Shown here: positions 12,346 through 25,391 of the stretch, one piece after another
Numbering within the stretch: position 1 is the stretch's first letter
How the letters are laid out: each line of letters begins with the position of its first letter
Assembly: GCA_965235115.1 (NCBI GenBank)
Contig: OZ249450.1
Location: 13,888,001-13,952,000, forward strand
Length of the DNA: 64,000 bases
Source: Laetmonice hystrix
Lineage: Eukaryota
Direction: 5' to 3'
Made by a program: the position numbers and the translations under genes
Notes under the pieces: model-generated
Seen by the model: only the letters and a program-made list of their open reading frames with translations
Told to the model about the DNA's origin: nothing
The model's database searches: none

Positions 12346-14847
12346 GAAAACACAATTATCGTTCATTTAACATTAGCCTGCATTGGTTGCGAGACCAAAG
12401 AACCCTTCTGTCTATGCATGGTCCACTATGGGGCGCTTATATCGATTAGATTTAGATCTACACACAGTCTGAGTTAGACTGTGCCGATGTTGTCCAATTC
12501 ACTAACCTGATCCAAGGTAAATATATACGAGGCATGACCAAGCACAAAGGTAAAGATCTACAGATTAAATATTGTTGGTGTAGGCCTACACACAAATAAT
12601 ATGTCATTCCACTATAACTATATTACACAGTCATAACTTTCGGTTATTCTTGTACAGCATTCCCAATCAATTTGTCATCAGTTTGATAGATGGTTAAACT
12701 TGGGCAAACGTTACTTCCTCCCAAACACAATAAATAATATTCTTGTAATAAAGAATTTTTTTGACCACAAAACCTCTGCTCTATGATAAAAAAAACTATA
12801 TGATAACGTCTGTCCTATTCTTCTACCAAAAAAAACCACTGTTGGCTCAAGCACCATGAGTCATCGGTGGACGTTGGCAATAACCCCCCCCCCCCCAGCC
12901 ACCCATCAACATGTCTGGGTATTACCCCCACCCATTCTCAGCCCCACCCTACTGCCATTAAACCATGCAGCGTCTACCGACTACAACCACCACGAATCCA
13001 ATGCTGCCGCGCACGGAATAACTCATGGTAACTGCATGAACGGTGCACTACAAACTGGGGGTACACGTGAGCTGCAAACAGCAATACAGTGCTGTGTGAA
13101 ATCATGCGGTCATTTATTTCCCGAACCCCATATAGAACCTCCAGCACTGCAATCTAAGAACACTATACTTGGGGTGGGTACTACGGCTGCAGGTTCTGAA
13201 AGAAGGTTCGACAGAAAGGTCAGTTGGAAAGAAAGGCAGTCTGAAGGAAGGAAAAAAAAGAGAAAGAGACACAAAGAAAAAAAAGAAAGAGGAGAAAAAA
13301 GAGAGAAAGATATTTCATTTGCACTGATTCTAATTTTGACTGACAAAACGCCCCCTCATCATTCCAGTGTTCAAGTCGAAGAGGACACTAGAGACTAGAT
13401 GGAATTTATTTCCGGTGCATCTGGCTGGTACCATGGCAACGACGGTCACAGCCTCCCATTGGACCATCTTGATGCTGTTTTCGGACCCGAGTCCAAGACC
13501 TCGAAACGATGGTCTGTAGACTCTATGCGCGTTCATGATAGTTTCTTATTATGTTGATTTATGTTCTTACATAAGAGTGACCTTAGTTGTGGGTATAGTA
13601 TTGTGAGACGGCAGACGTCAGGATGGTATTTTGAAGTACCGGGTAATGAAATTATGACATCTTGCTGCTTATAAGCCTTTTGTATAGGCCTAGTCCTAAG
13701 TCCTATGGTAATATAGGGCCCTACTTGCCCATGCATCGAGTGGCACGGTTCGGCTTGGCACATGGAGACACGTTTTTATACTTTCCATGTCGAGCACAGT
13801 CGAGTGGTCTTGAAATTGGTTTGGGATGGAGGCAGGTACTTGTATAAGGTGAAGGAGCCCTCGGCTATACTATAGTACGGCCGACTGCCGACCATGCTCC
13901 GTCGGGCCACGCACGGGCCGCCGCCGGCGAACCACCTTCATATCGCCATTACCGGCACTTGATCTCAGAATGTTACTGAGGGCATCCTACCCCGGACTCA
14001 GCGTTTAACAAACATACCAGTTATATATACCCGACAGCAAGACTGCAATGAGATACATGCCTATCGATATAGGCATATGAAAACGTTTCCGTCTGGTATC
14101 ATGGCCGTGTAGCCTATATAAAAAATGTACACAAAAAGAGCAGATCGTCAGCCTTATTTCCGGGTCCCATCACATACTTGCGTCGGTTTCCGGGAAGAAC
14201 GTTACCTCAGTGGTAAGACATGCTCACATTCTGCTCATTTAGTTTATTGTATACGTATTTTGTATCGGTAATGCTGAAGCTGCCAGGGTGGCGGGGCCGA
14301 GTCACCTTTTTGCTGAAGATGAGTCAGTGTGGCTGAATGCAAGGTGTCGTGGCTGAAGCATGAGGCGATGGTTGTCTTCAGTTAAATCATAGAAAGAGTG
14401 CATGGTTAAGGGGGTTAACCGCCCCCCCCCCCCCCCCAGTACACATACAGGCGTATAGGCAAAAGAATATACTCTTCCATAATAGCATAGGCCTACATAA
14501 TGTTGGTGAATACCCATGTGTGGGCTGGCCTAGAATAAATGACCTGTCTATATGCTGATCACTGATGGGAATGGGCACGATTCCTTGTCATCGTGTAGTC
14601 ATAGGCCGGGGGCCTATAGGATGTGTCATTGATCAATATAAAAAATCTTGTTGCTGAAGGATATAGGCCCTATACATCTCATTTCAAAATGAGGTGACAT
14701 GCATGGTCTTCTTTGTAGCCTATACAGCCTATACTGATTAATTGTGTAGACACTGTCGCTGTTTCGGTATTGAACAGGTCATGATAAACCCGAATAGGCT
14801 GAATATAGCATTTCCTCATAACACTGTACCCTATACAATAATACATG

Positions 14848-16593
14848 CAGTCACTATACAGGTCCCCGTCCTCCAGTAGGACAACCATAACTCCAGTCCG
14901 TCTCCAGTATACGACACCCTCCCAGTCCCCAGTCACTACCCGTCCCCGTCCTCCAGTAGGACAACCATAACTCCAGTCCGTCTCCAGTATACGACACCCT
15001 CCCAGTCCCCAGTCACTACCCGTCCCCGTCCTCCAGTAGGACAACCATAACTCCAGTCGGTCTTCAGTATACGACACCCTCCCAGTCCCCACTCAGTCAC
15101 TACCGGTCCCCGTCCTCCAGTAGGACAACCATAACTCCAGTCCGGCTCCAGTATACGACACCCTCCCAGTCCCCACTCAGTCACTACCGGTCCCCGTCCT
15201 CCAGTAGGACAACCATAACTCCAGTCCGTCTCCAGTATACGACACCCTCCCACTAGTCCCCACTCAGTCACTACCGGTCCCCGTCCTCCAGTAGGACAAC
15301 CATAACTCCAGTCCGGCTCCAGTATACGACACCCTCCCACTAGTCCCCACTCAGTCACTACCGGTCCCCGTCCTCCAGTAGGACAACCATAACTCCAGTC
15401 CGTCTCCAGTATACGACACCCTCCCAGTCCCCAGTCACTACCCGTCCCCGTCCTCCAGTAGGACAACCATAACTCCAGTCCGTCTCCAGTATACGACACC
15501 CTCCCAGTCCCCAGTCACTACCCGTCCCCGTCCTCCAGTAGGACAACCATAACTCCAGTCCGGCTCCAGTATACGACACCCTCCCAGTCCCCAGTCACTA
15601 CCCGTCCCCGTCCTCCAGTAGGACAACCATAACTCCAGTCCGTCTCCAGTATACGACACCCTCCCAGTCCCCACTCAGTGACTACCCGTCCCCGTCCTCC
15701 AGTAGGACAACCATAACTCCAGTCCGGCTCCAGTATACGACACCCTCCCAGTCCCCACTCAGTCACTACCGGTCCCCGTCCTCCAGTAGGACAACCATAA
15801 CTCCAGTCCGTCTCCAGTATACGACACCCTCCCAGTCCCCACTCAGTCACTACCGGTCCCCGTCCTCCAGTAGGACAACCATAACTCCAGTCCGTCTCCA
15901 GTATACGACACCCTCCCAGTCCCCACTCAGTCACTACCGGTCCCCGTCCTCCAGTAGGACAACCATAACTCCAGTCCGTCTCCAGTATACGACACCCTCC
16001 CAGTCCCCAGTCACTACCCGTCCCCGTCCTCCAGTAGGACAACCATAACTCCAGTCCGTCTTCAGTATACGACACCCTCCCAGTCCCCAGTCACTACCCG
16101 TCCCCGTCCTCCAGTAGGACAACCATAACTCCAGTCCGGCTCCAGTATACGACACCCTCCCAGTCCCCAGTCACTACCCGTCCCCGTCCTCCAGTAGGAC
16201 AACCATAACTCCAGTCCGTCTCCAGTATACGACACCCTCCCAGTCCCCACTCAGTGACTACCCGTCCCCGTCCTCCAGTAGGACAACCATAACTCCAGTC
16301 CGGCTCCAGTATACGACACCCTCCCAGTCCCCACTCAGTCACTACCGGTCCCCGTCCTCCAGTAGGACAACCATAACTCCAGTCCGTCTCCAGTATACGA
16401 CACCCTCCCAGTCCCCACTCAGTCACTACCGGTCCCCGTCCTCCAGTAGGACAACCATAACTCCAGTCCGTCTCCAGTATACGACACCCTCCCAGTCCCC
16501 ACTCAGTCACTACCGGTCCCCGTCCTCCAGTAGGACAACCATAACTCCAGTCCGTCTCCAGTATACGACACCCTCCCAGTCCCCAGTCACTAC
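14848..16593. repeat. Minisatellite, 21 copies of an 80/83-bp unit (a few longer)
   Basis: Unit CCGTCCCCGTCCTCCAGTAGGACAACCATAACTCCAGTCCGTCTCCAGTATACGACACCCTCCCAGTCCCCAGTCACTAC; 21 copies counted from the CAGTAGG anchor. Confidence 0.95.
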
Positions 16594-18280
16594 CTATCAC
16601 TACCCCAGCTATTTCATGGCTAGAATTCCCATCGCATAACCAGTCCGACTGATGCGCCTCGCGTATCTACGCACATATAGCCCCCTGACCCTTTGTGAGA
16701 CCGGCCCCGGGCGTCCGCTGTCACCCTCCCTGCTGACCGTCCTCACCTACCTGAATTGTCTGTCTGCGTTCCACAACAATAGCGATGACGACCAGCCCGA
16801 TACTGCGCGCCACCAAACCCGCTCAGTCACGCTATGCAATGACTGAACGCTGCAGCAAACAAAGCCTTCGATCCAGCCACCAGACTCCCAATCCAAAATG
16901 GCTCCCTTCAGCTGCGCTCCACGCCGATTTATAACCGTCTCAGTACAGAGGGGCCCCGGCGGGTGTCAGCGGGGCCGATGGGTTGAGAGTGGGGGTAGGA
17001 GGTGGGGGGATGATGGTGCAGGTTGGGTCGCTTCCCGAAACGTGAAACCCGATCGGTGCCGGGAGGGAGGCTGGTGAAGGATGGCGACGCACCGCATCCG
17101 CTGTCCGCCTGCCTCCCGTTATCTTCAACCAACCCCCCTCCCTCAGTTCCCGCGGTCATCGCAGCGCGGCGCGCCCGTCGACATGGCATCAACTACGTAC
17201 AGTACCCACTGATAACATGGGCTACAGCAATATTGCTCCAGCCCTTCGGATCTTTTAAAGATGAAGTCATAATTAAGATTTTTAAAGAGCGTTCTGATAT
17301 GGGAAAGTGGAATTGTCATTTGAGGCAGGCAGACCGGACTTCATTAATATGCCTTACACATCAGGATATTGTGGTCGGGACTATCTATACGTAGCTCTAT
17401 ATCAAACGCCCAAGAAGGAAAGCAGGAAAAAAGGGAAAGAATAAGACCTTGGGTGAACATGAAACACTAATTTGCTATATCTGTTCTTCGATTATAACGA
17501 AATAAAAACATAGATGGCGAATATTGACAAAACGGTATTTTATTACATCTTTGTCTGAATCTGCACCATATTTTACATGTGAGCAGGAAGTAGACATAAT
17601 GCATGATTATAGTTATGACATGGCAATTATATAATTGTATAATATTACTATAGTATATACGTGGTTAAACTCCTCCATGTAACATACGTGCGATTATATA
17701 TTAATAATGTCTAACTTGTCTTTACATAATGTATATTGAATTATAATCACAATTCTCCGTTCTAGCATTTGTGCCTTCGCCGCCTGATTAAGTATAATAT
17801 ACCTGGGTAGTGATCATAACCATCGATTCCCTGGTACGTTATACGTATGATGGTAGTTCAACATAATTATGATCCCGGTGACCTGAATTAGTGTCCCTGC
17901 TAACATAATTGTGATCCCCGTGCCATGCATGAATCGGTCCCCATGCCAACGGTCCACCGCCCACCGCGTGGCCATATTCCCAGGCCCCAACCCGCCTTAA
18001 CTTTAACCCTAAACCTTTATAACTCCAACCCAAGGTTTAACCGCCACCCCACCCTCATCCCCATCCATCTTCTCCAAACACGCTAGGGTCCGTCAAGCGT
18101 TCAAGCAGAGGCTGCAAAAAAATCCACTTTCGTTTAGCATGGAGAATATACAGCTGCATTATATAGGCATCTACTGGCATGTCATGATTTCTGGATATTA
18201 TTAAAATAAGGTATAGTATAACATTTCATTATAATAATATCATAATAATATCATAATTTATGATCCCATACAGAGAGTGA

Positions 18281-19556
18281 TTATACACAAAATTCAAGCA
18301 TACCGAACGTTTCCTCCAGGGAAAGTGCTCTTTCTAGTTTGGCCACGTCCTCCTGCACCAGTTCCAGAAAGTGTTGCGAGGTGGCGCTGTTGTTCTTCCT
18401 CACACGACGCATCTCCTCCAGTCGACCTTCCTGTTCGTGGAGGGCAGCCTGGAGCATGTTTACCTGGAGAAATAACAAGTTTTATTAGTTATTAGCAGGT
18501 GATTATGTTTTCCTATTTCCCTCTAACGCATTACCTTAAAAGAACCTATAAACTTCCAAAACTGTCACTTTTCCAAATTAAACGGATTGTCCATTAGAGG
18601 CATTTTGTTGTTGACTCAACCCGCAATGAAGAGGAGGTCCATAATAACGAATTGACAATTACCCCAGGCCCTGGATTTAAGTTTCCAAACAGAGTCTTAA
18701 GATTCAACTCTTATAGCCAATCATGAGAGACCATAACACAAGTCTTAAAATTTCAGCCTTAAGATTGGTAAAATGACGAACTAAAAACCGGGCCATGGGG
18801 CGGGTCCAGGGATTTGTAAAGGTGGGGGTGGGGGGGTCCATGGGGGGGGGGGGGGTCTGGCAAAGGGGGTTGGTCCAGCAAGTTAATTCAGAATGCCGTA
18901 TAGGGGTCTATATAATGGGGAAAAAAGAAAAAATTGACTCCTTTGACGCCCCCCTCCCCCCCACTCTGATCCGCCACTGGACCCGTTCCTACTTTCTCAC
19001 CTGATTATGATAAGCGACAAGGTCGTCGAATATTTTTCGGTGGTTCGTTATGTTCACCTGTGCCCAAACGTCAGCGTATTTCCTGATAGTCTGAAAATAG
19101 AAAATTCTATCATTAATAGTTTATAACTTAACTTAATCATATAAATGATGTAACGGTGCCCCTTCGGCTTAACTATATATAATCTATATGTTACGAGTAT
19201 GCTGATAAAAAGTTAAAATTTATAACTTTGAGACCGACCTGATGCAGTGTGTATCTCTCCAGCAGTCTGGCCATTTTCTCCTCGATCTCAATCTTCTCCT
19301 CCACCATATCCTTCATCTGCTCCTCCAGTATCGCCTCCAGACACTGGTCCCTACGAATGTTCTCCAGCTCGACCTGTTGTTGGCTCAGGTCACGCTGGAG
19401 GACGAGCGTCTCCAGCGCCCAGACCTCGATGTCGTCCTCCTGTTTACTGATTTCGGCCTCTAGGTGGTGTATTTCCTCCTCTAGGTGGCGCTCGGCCGTC
19501 TGCGTCCTCGCCTCCTCGACCTCCGTCATATCTACCATGTCATGTACCAGTAGGGC
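18281..19556 (-). CDS. Uncharacterised coiled-coil protein (internal exons; 5' and 3' ends uncertain)
   Basis: Exons 19556-19239, 19090-19001 and 18463-(18304 donor or 18281 stop) join in phase 0 and give an E/Q/L-rich heptad sequence (EEARTQTAERHLEEEIHHLEAEISKQEDD...TIRKYADVWAQ...VNMLQAALHEQEGRLEEMRR). A possible first exon at 20046-19920 (MASKAKPSILQRIKTRFGHKRRR...) is phase-incompatible with the 19556 acceptor. Confidence 0.65.
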
Positions 19557-20441
19557 CTATACGTTATTCAGTAGAGATAATATGCAGCCCCAGTAGGCAG
19601 AACTGAGATAAGGGGGGGGGGGAGGGGTTCCAACTGAGGGGGGGGGGCAACCATACTATTAGTCATTTATTTATTTATCTTATTAGGCCTATGTATTTTT
19701 TTTAATCCGGAAACCCCTGGCTACACCCTTGAGCCCCCCCCCCCCCCCACCATTTCCATTTTATTTTTTTTTTTGGGTAGGGTGGGACGGGGCCCTTCCT
19801 ACAACTAAAAACGGTTTAACCGGTAGGCCTATCATTTAGAGTGATTGAACATAAAAAGCACATCAGATCCTGGAGTCGCCTATATGAGAGGTACATGTGT
19901 GTATTCAACTAAGGCCTACTTGTTGGGAGAGGAGGAGAGACGGGGGACGGGGGCGGGATGGAATTCTTCCCAGAATTTCTCCGACGTTTGTGGCCGAATC
20001 TGGTTTTAATTCGCTGGAGAATGGAGGGTTTGGCTTTGCTTGCCATAGAGGTGGTGGTCTTCGATCCTATAATAAGGCAATGAAAATGCACCGCATGATA
20101 AGCAAACACCGAATATCGTTGCTATACGAAATCCAGAGACTTAATAATAAGAGTCTGACTCTAACGATAGAGGAATGAAATAAGGTCGAGCTGAATGTGA
20201 TGAAAGATCGAACCCACCTTTGTTCGATTTCCCCAGAATACCCATTGCGGACGTTTGCCAGTTTTATATGCAGATTGTGAACAGCGAGCTGTCAAAATCA
20301 CACCTGTGTTCATCGATATCAGACAACACAGTGAGGTTACCTGGACAGTGTGGCCTTGGAAACGACCGCGCCTACGTCATAATAATGCTTCTTCATTTTG
20401 ACGATATACATTGTTACGTCAACACTTGGCAATAATTAATC

Positions 20442-20520
20442 CTCGTCATAATGTACGAAACGTCATAATATACGAAACGTCATAATGTACAAACGTCATA
20501 AAATACGTGACGTCATAATG
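20442..20520. repeat. Short tandem repeat of CGTCATAAT-core units (~5 x 17 bp) containing CRE-like TGACG sites
   Basis: CGTCATAATGTACGAAA-type units. Full TGACGTCA palindromes at ~20508 and ~20550. Confidence 0.7.
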
Positions 20521-21512
20521 CCATTGGAGAACAAAATTAATTAGGATTGTGACGTCACAGAACCATAGGACGAATCCATTTTTTAAGAATATCGGAGGGG
20601 CGGGGCGCCAACTAGCGGTCCGCAATCATGAATCTGTACTATTCATGAGCAGTAGGGGACTACAGGAGGAAGGAAAGAAACACTTTTACTTGGATATGCA
20701 ATCTCATTTATTTACTTGGACAGCTCGTCTCATGAGGTGAAAGAAAACAAAAAGCAGTTCATGGAAAAACTTGCAAAATTAAAGAACAGCATTACAGTGT
20801 CCATGCGTGGCAGTAATCGAGATATGATTCTCATACCAGTGAGTATTTCAAGAAACCTCACAGTTTGCAGTCCTGTTATTATGTCCTGACCTAACGGCCA
20901 CTTTGGAGGGCATTATCCCATGATATTGACGTTACCACCAACTTATCACTAGTCTCAGCTGAGATATCATTCCTGCTTATCTAAATGTAAGGATATGAGA
21001 AATATAAAAGACAACTGGCAACAACAAAAGATAAATGTAGGCCTACTCCAAAAATCCTTTTGCTGTATATAATAAACTGCCAAATGTACATGTATATCAC
21101 AGTGAACTTTTCATATACCATTAATATGAAAATACAAGGCTAAAATGCTGAATATACAATACATTATCTGATCCCAAGGGGATTTCAAAGTGATTATAAC
21201 GTTCATGTATATTATTATGTATATAAAGATAACCTTACCTACAAAGAATTCTACATAATTTAGGAGTCATCCTTTCTGTAGCGATCCACCTCTAACTGTG
21301 CTCATGTCATTGTGATCAAATCAGCAGGCTATTTGCTGGTTTCTACCTGGTAGTATTTATCTTGTGTGTAAATATATGTCATTGTGTCAATAATTTTTCA
21401 TTAGGGTTGCACATCATGTTTGTCCTGTAGTTCCTTAAGTTACGTTTACAGAAAAAGATGTACAGTGAATGTGTGAAGGTATGGACGGAGGGAAGCGATA
21501 CAATAAAACTTC

Positions 21513-24172
21513 TCAAGTCCTCCCAGTCAGGAGGCCTCTTGTATCTTCGAGAAGTGACTCTATTCTTGCTCTCTGAAAAGGAAATAACACAAATAACAAA
21601 TAAATATGTTATTATAGACCATATGTTGTTAATATGTTGACATAAGAGTCAGTAGCACTGCACTGGCATAAAAAATACAAGGTACGAATTCCAGAAGAGG
21701 CAATCAGCCTAGTTGAAAATCCTTTAATAGTTCAATAAATATAGGATTATAGAGGAAAGTAAAAGTGAAAGCAATCTGTGGCTGAAATCTTACCGAGAGC
21801 TTTTCAAGCTGATCACCCTGGCTCCTGTCCTCCGGTTTGGCCGGTACCAATGCCTGGAGACGGACCGCCTTCCGTGCGGTGGGCTGACACATGATGAGGT
21901 GGTTGATCTCCTCTCCCTGAATACAATCAAACAACATGAATGTCAAACTACACAAGCTCAGTGCTTGCCGTTTGAAATCTTTACGGGAGCGATCCATCAC
22001 TCTCCTTGGTTATCCGAGGAGAGCTAAATCACTCCCCTAGAAATCGTTCCTGTCCCACGTTTGGGTATTTCCAGGTAAACTCAGGGTAGTTTATATGGTT
22101 TGGCATAGGCTAAAGAGGTCTTGGGAGCCGTGTAGGAATATGATTGACTCATTAATGACTGGAGGACAAGGAGGAGACAGAGATCGTTTTTGAGGTTGCC
22201 TTAGACATGGAGCCCTGAGGGTTCAGATCAGTCAGTGAAGTTCAGGGGCGCGATAAACAGCGCTTCTGAAACAGATTTTGCGGGCGCTTAGGGGCGCAAG
22301 CGCGATCGCGCCCGTCAAACGGCAAGGCCTGCAAGCTCTATCATATAATGTATATTCACATGATCGAGAGCTTAATTGAAAAAAAAAATGGGGGGGAGGC
22401 GACCATGGGTGTACTGTAAACCCTACAAATATTACATGTACTGCAAGTGTTTTGTTTCAAATACTTATAATAAATATTGAGATGGCGATTTACAAAACCT
22501 CAACTTACCCTATTTGATTCATATCGCAGTCTCATGATGCGGATGCGGTTGCGAGCCTCAGCTGCCTTCAGTTGACCAATCAGTTTTTCGTGTTTATCTT
22601 TCTCACCAACTTCCTCCATTGTAGGTGGTTTGTTTTGTCTGTAAAAATCATGAATTTAGATTATAAAAGGAAAAATGTACATTTAATTTTACAAAATACA
22701 TTAGTCCAATAAGAAGCTATATCACAATCATATTTCCTGTATTCTTGTACAAAGCAGGGCTCAAAAAACATATGATATGTCCAATCATTCTGAGACAAGT
22801 AAAATATGTCTTTGGGCAAGTAAAATTTAATGTAAATTCAGTGTGTCTTGGCTACTGTTTGCCAGGAGGACAAGTGAACTTGGGAGATGTTTTTCAAGCC
22901 CTGTGAAGGCATGTAAGATATGGAAAGTAGGGCTTGTGCGTATGTATATTAATGTGTATATTACACATTAAGATTGCCAGGATCTTATATATATATACAA
23001 CGTATGTCTAAACTTTAGGGTAATATGAAGGTTACCTAAGGTACTCCTTTTTCAGAGTAACCAATCTTTGCTTGCAGTTGTGCTGGTAGTCTGACACCTC
23101 CTTTGGAGGAGGCTCATACTGGAATGATAACAGTGAATTATTATATATAGAGAGATCTATATACTAGGGAAAAGGAGTGGAATGGTAGTTAATTATAACT
23201 TGCGGGGATACATCATAGAAATACATTCATACACCTACAACATATGTTACATGTACTTAGTATAAATTTACATAGTGACAACTACGTTATGAACATGGTT
23301 TACATCATCGCTTCTGTCTGATCATGGTAAATTCAACTTACTGCTAAAAAGCGACTCTTCAGTTGAGGAGCCATCTTGGCAACGTTTCTGCCTTTCTTGA
23401 AAGTCTCCCAGTTTTTGGGGACCCATTTTTCTTCCTCTCTTCTCTCGCCACCTCCTTTTGTCTCTCCTATGGGAGGCAGGTTGTTGCCTTTGGTTTCCTG
23501 CTATACAGTCAGTAGCAAAGAAAAAACATGTGGTTTTAAAATCTTTGCCAGACAAATGTAGTCCTTTACAGGGTTCTCAACAGAAATTTTTGACAACATA
23601 GTGGTCAAACCAAGGGCCTTGTGGTACAGGAGGGGGCGAACCCCCCCCCCCCCCTCCCAAACAGTAACGTCTTTAAATATTAATTAGTAGTACTAGATCT
23701 GCTAGAATCTAATTTATTTTACTATTTTTAGGCTATTTTTTGTCCCGATGCCATGTAACGTTAGGCCTAGCTCTGCTCATGAAGAAGACAGTTCGAAAAA
23801 GACAACTTCAGCGCCAAGTAAAATATTGAGCAACCAAATTATATAAATTATATAATTATGACTTTTAGGCCTATCACATTGTCATTGATTCAGTCACACG
23901 ATTGAGCACGTCTTGAGCTAGTCGGAGTGTACTCCAACAAGCCAGAGTCTGATATCTGATATGTAGTCTGTTGACAACAAACTAGCAGAAACAGGTTCCT
24001 GGAGTAGTCGGACTGGAGCCTGGGCTGGGGTGTGCCTGGCAAGTTTAAGTTGAGATGGACGAGAACGATCGGCGTTAGCCGTTACAACATGATTATTACA
24101 ACAAGATGTTTCATGCTAGACTCTATTTTGAAGATATTTGGAGAAATTATTTAAATTTCTACTTACACTCAT
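21513..24172 (-). CDS. LKAAEAR1: LKAAEAR motif-containing protein 1 homolog (~186 aa)
   Basis: Exons 24172-24167 (start exon tentative), 23500-23342, 23118-23036, 22638-22509, 21916-21794 and 21572-21513 join in frame. Sequence includes PKNW...QLKSRFLAYEPPPK...KLIGQLKAAEARNRIRIMRLRY...EEINHLIMCQPTARKAVRLQAL...RARIESLLED, with the literal LKAAEAR motif. Confidence 0.88.
22755..22903. mobile_element. Small hAT-like MITE in an LKAAEAR1 intron
   Basis: TIR CAGGGCTCAAAAAACA / TGTTTTTCAAGCCCTG (14 of 16 match). No clear TSD. Confidence 0.5.
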
Positions 24173-24473
24173 ATGTACATCAAGTATGGGAGTGTAACTC
24201 CCAACTATTTCGGCAAATCTTCCTGGTTAAAAACCCGTTCAAACACCCCAAAAGGTACACCCCTTCGGAAATACAACACTCATACACTGGGGCACGCCTA
24301 TCACAAACCGGAAGTTTGAGAATGTTGCTATGAGATCAGGCATGCGCACTGTTTCCGCCGCTTTGTAGGTTATAACTTCCGGTTTTACAGATGCAGGACG
24401 AGTTACTGCTGCAAAATGAGCAACTACGGGAGTATAATAGGGAATTAAAGCAAACTGATTAACTTCTGTCGAG
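24173..24473. promoter_or_regulatory. Bidirectional promoter between LKAAEAR1 and EBAG9
   Basis: Divergent genes. Oppositely oriented ETS motifs ACCGGAAGT (24307-24315) and ACTTCCGGT (24375-24383), an NRF1-like GCATGCGCA (~24339), an X-box-like GTTGCTATG (~24324), and a + strand donor GAG|GTAAGT at 24473 for the EBAG9 UTR exon. Confidence 0.65.
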
Positions 24474-25391
24474 GTAAGTATACACTGATGATATTCTGAG
24501 GACCGAGACATTTTTAGTATCTCTACTAGTAGAACGCCAGAAGGGCGGTAGGGAGCTTGGCCCGCCCCGGACACGCGTGCGGGATGTGGCCGCCAGGGTT
24601 TTGTGATGTGTCAACGTGTCTTGTTGGGGTCGGAGTCGACCTACACTATTCGCTATTGACTGTCTTGAGCCGTCTTGATCCATCGAGTACCCCCGGCCCC
24701 ACAAACTAACCTACCAATCCAACCTAACTCTATTTTCTAGGGCATGACATTACGGCCTCGTCACTCTTTAAACTGTTTAAGTTGGGGGGGGGAACTAAAA
24801 AAAATGTTTTTTCAATATTTGGCATCGTGCACAAAAATGCCACCTTTTAAATTTTGACCATTTTGTCTGAGCCACAACAAGATGTAGATGCTAGAAAATA
24901 AACACATAGCAGCCCGGTTTTTATTTTTGTATTTTAAATTTTTATTTTTCAAATCTCAGCGCAGCACACTGCCGCAAGCACTGCACCTGGCTAGTACACG
25001 GAAATTTCTGGTGGGAGGAGGATTGGCCCCCCCTCCCCCCCCCCCCCCCCAGTATCAGTGCTGCAAACACTTTGACTTTGTGGTCAAACCAGACCAGTAA
25101 GTCCAGATACTTAGTGGCCCACCGGATCTAGGGTTTGGGGAATGAAGGTGGGGGGGGGGGGGGGGGGTTAAGATCAAGATTTGAGGAACATAGGAATAGA
25201 TTGGCATATAAAGGCCTTCTAGGATCTGCCACTGACAGTAGTGGAGCTAGTTATTTAAGAATAGACTAAAAGAACTCTAGATAGATATACTAACTATGAT
25301 AGATAAAATGTGATCCATGTATTTGATTGGTTGTGGCACTGACATTGTGATTATTACAGGGAGCCCTTCTAGAGGGACGTTGGACGTTACA

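Noticed and set aside
12856-13398. 180-aa plus-strand ORF with a Lys/Arg/Glu-rich stretch
   Set aside because: It runs through poly-C and A/G low-complexity sequence typical of UTR or intergenic DNA; no domain.
14848-16593. CRISPR-like appearance of the repeat arrays (also 37700-38580)
   Set aside because: There are no unique spacers (the units are contiguous), the context is eukaryotic and no cas genes are present.
14679-16600. Long Trp/Gly/Cys-rich minus-strand ORFs (up to 187 aa)
   Set aside because: They are translations of the 80/83-bp minisatellite; frames shift with unit length, and there are no splice or start signals.
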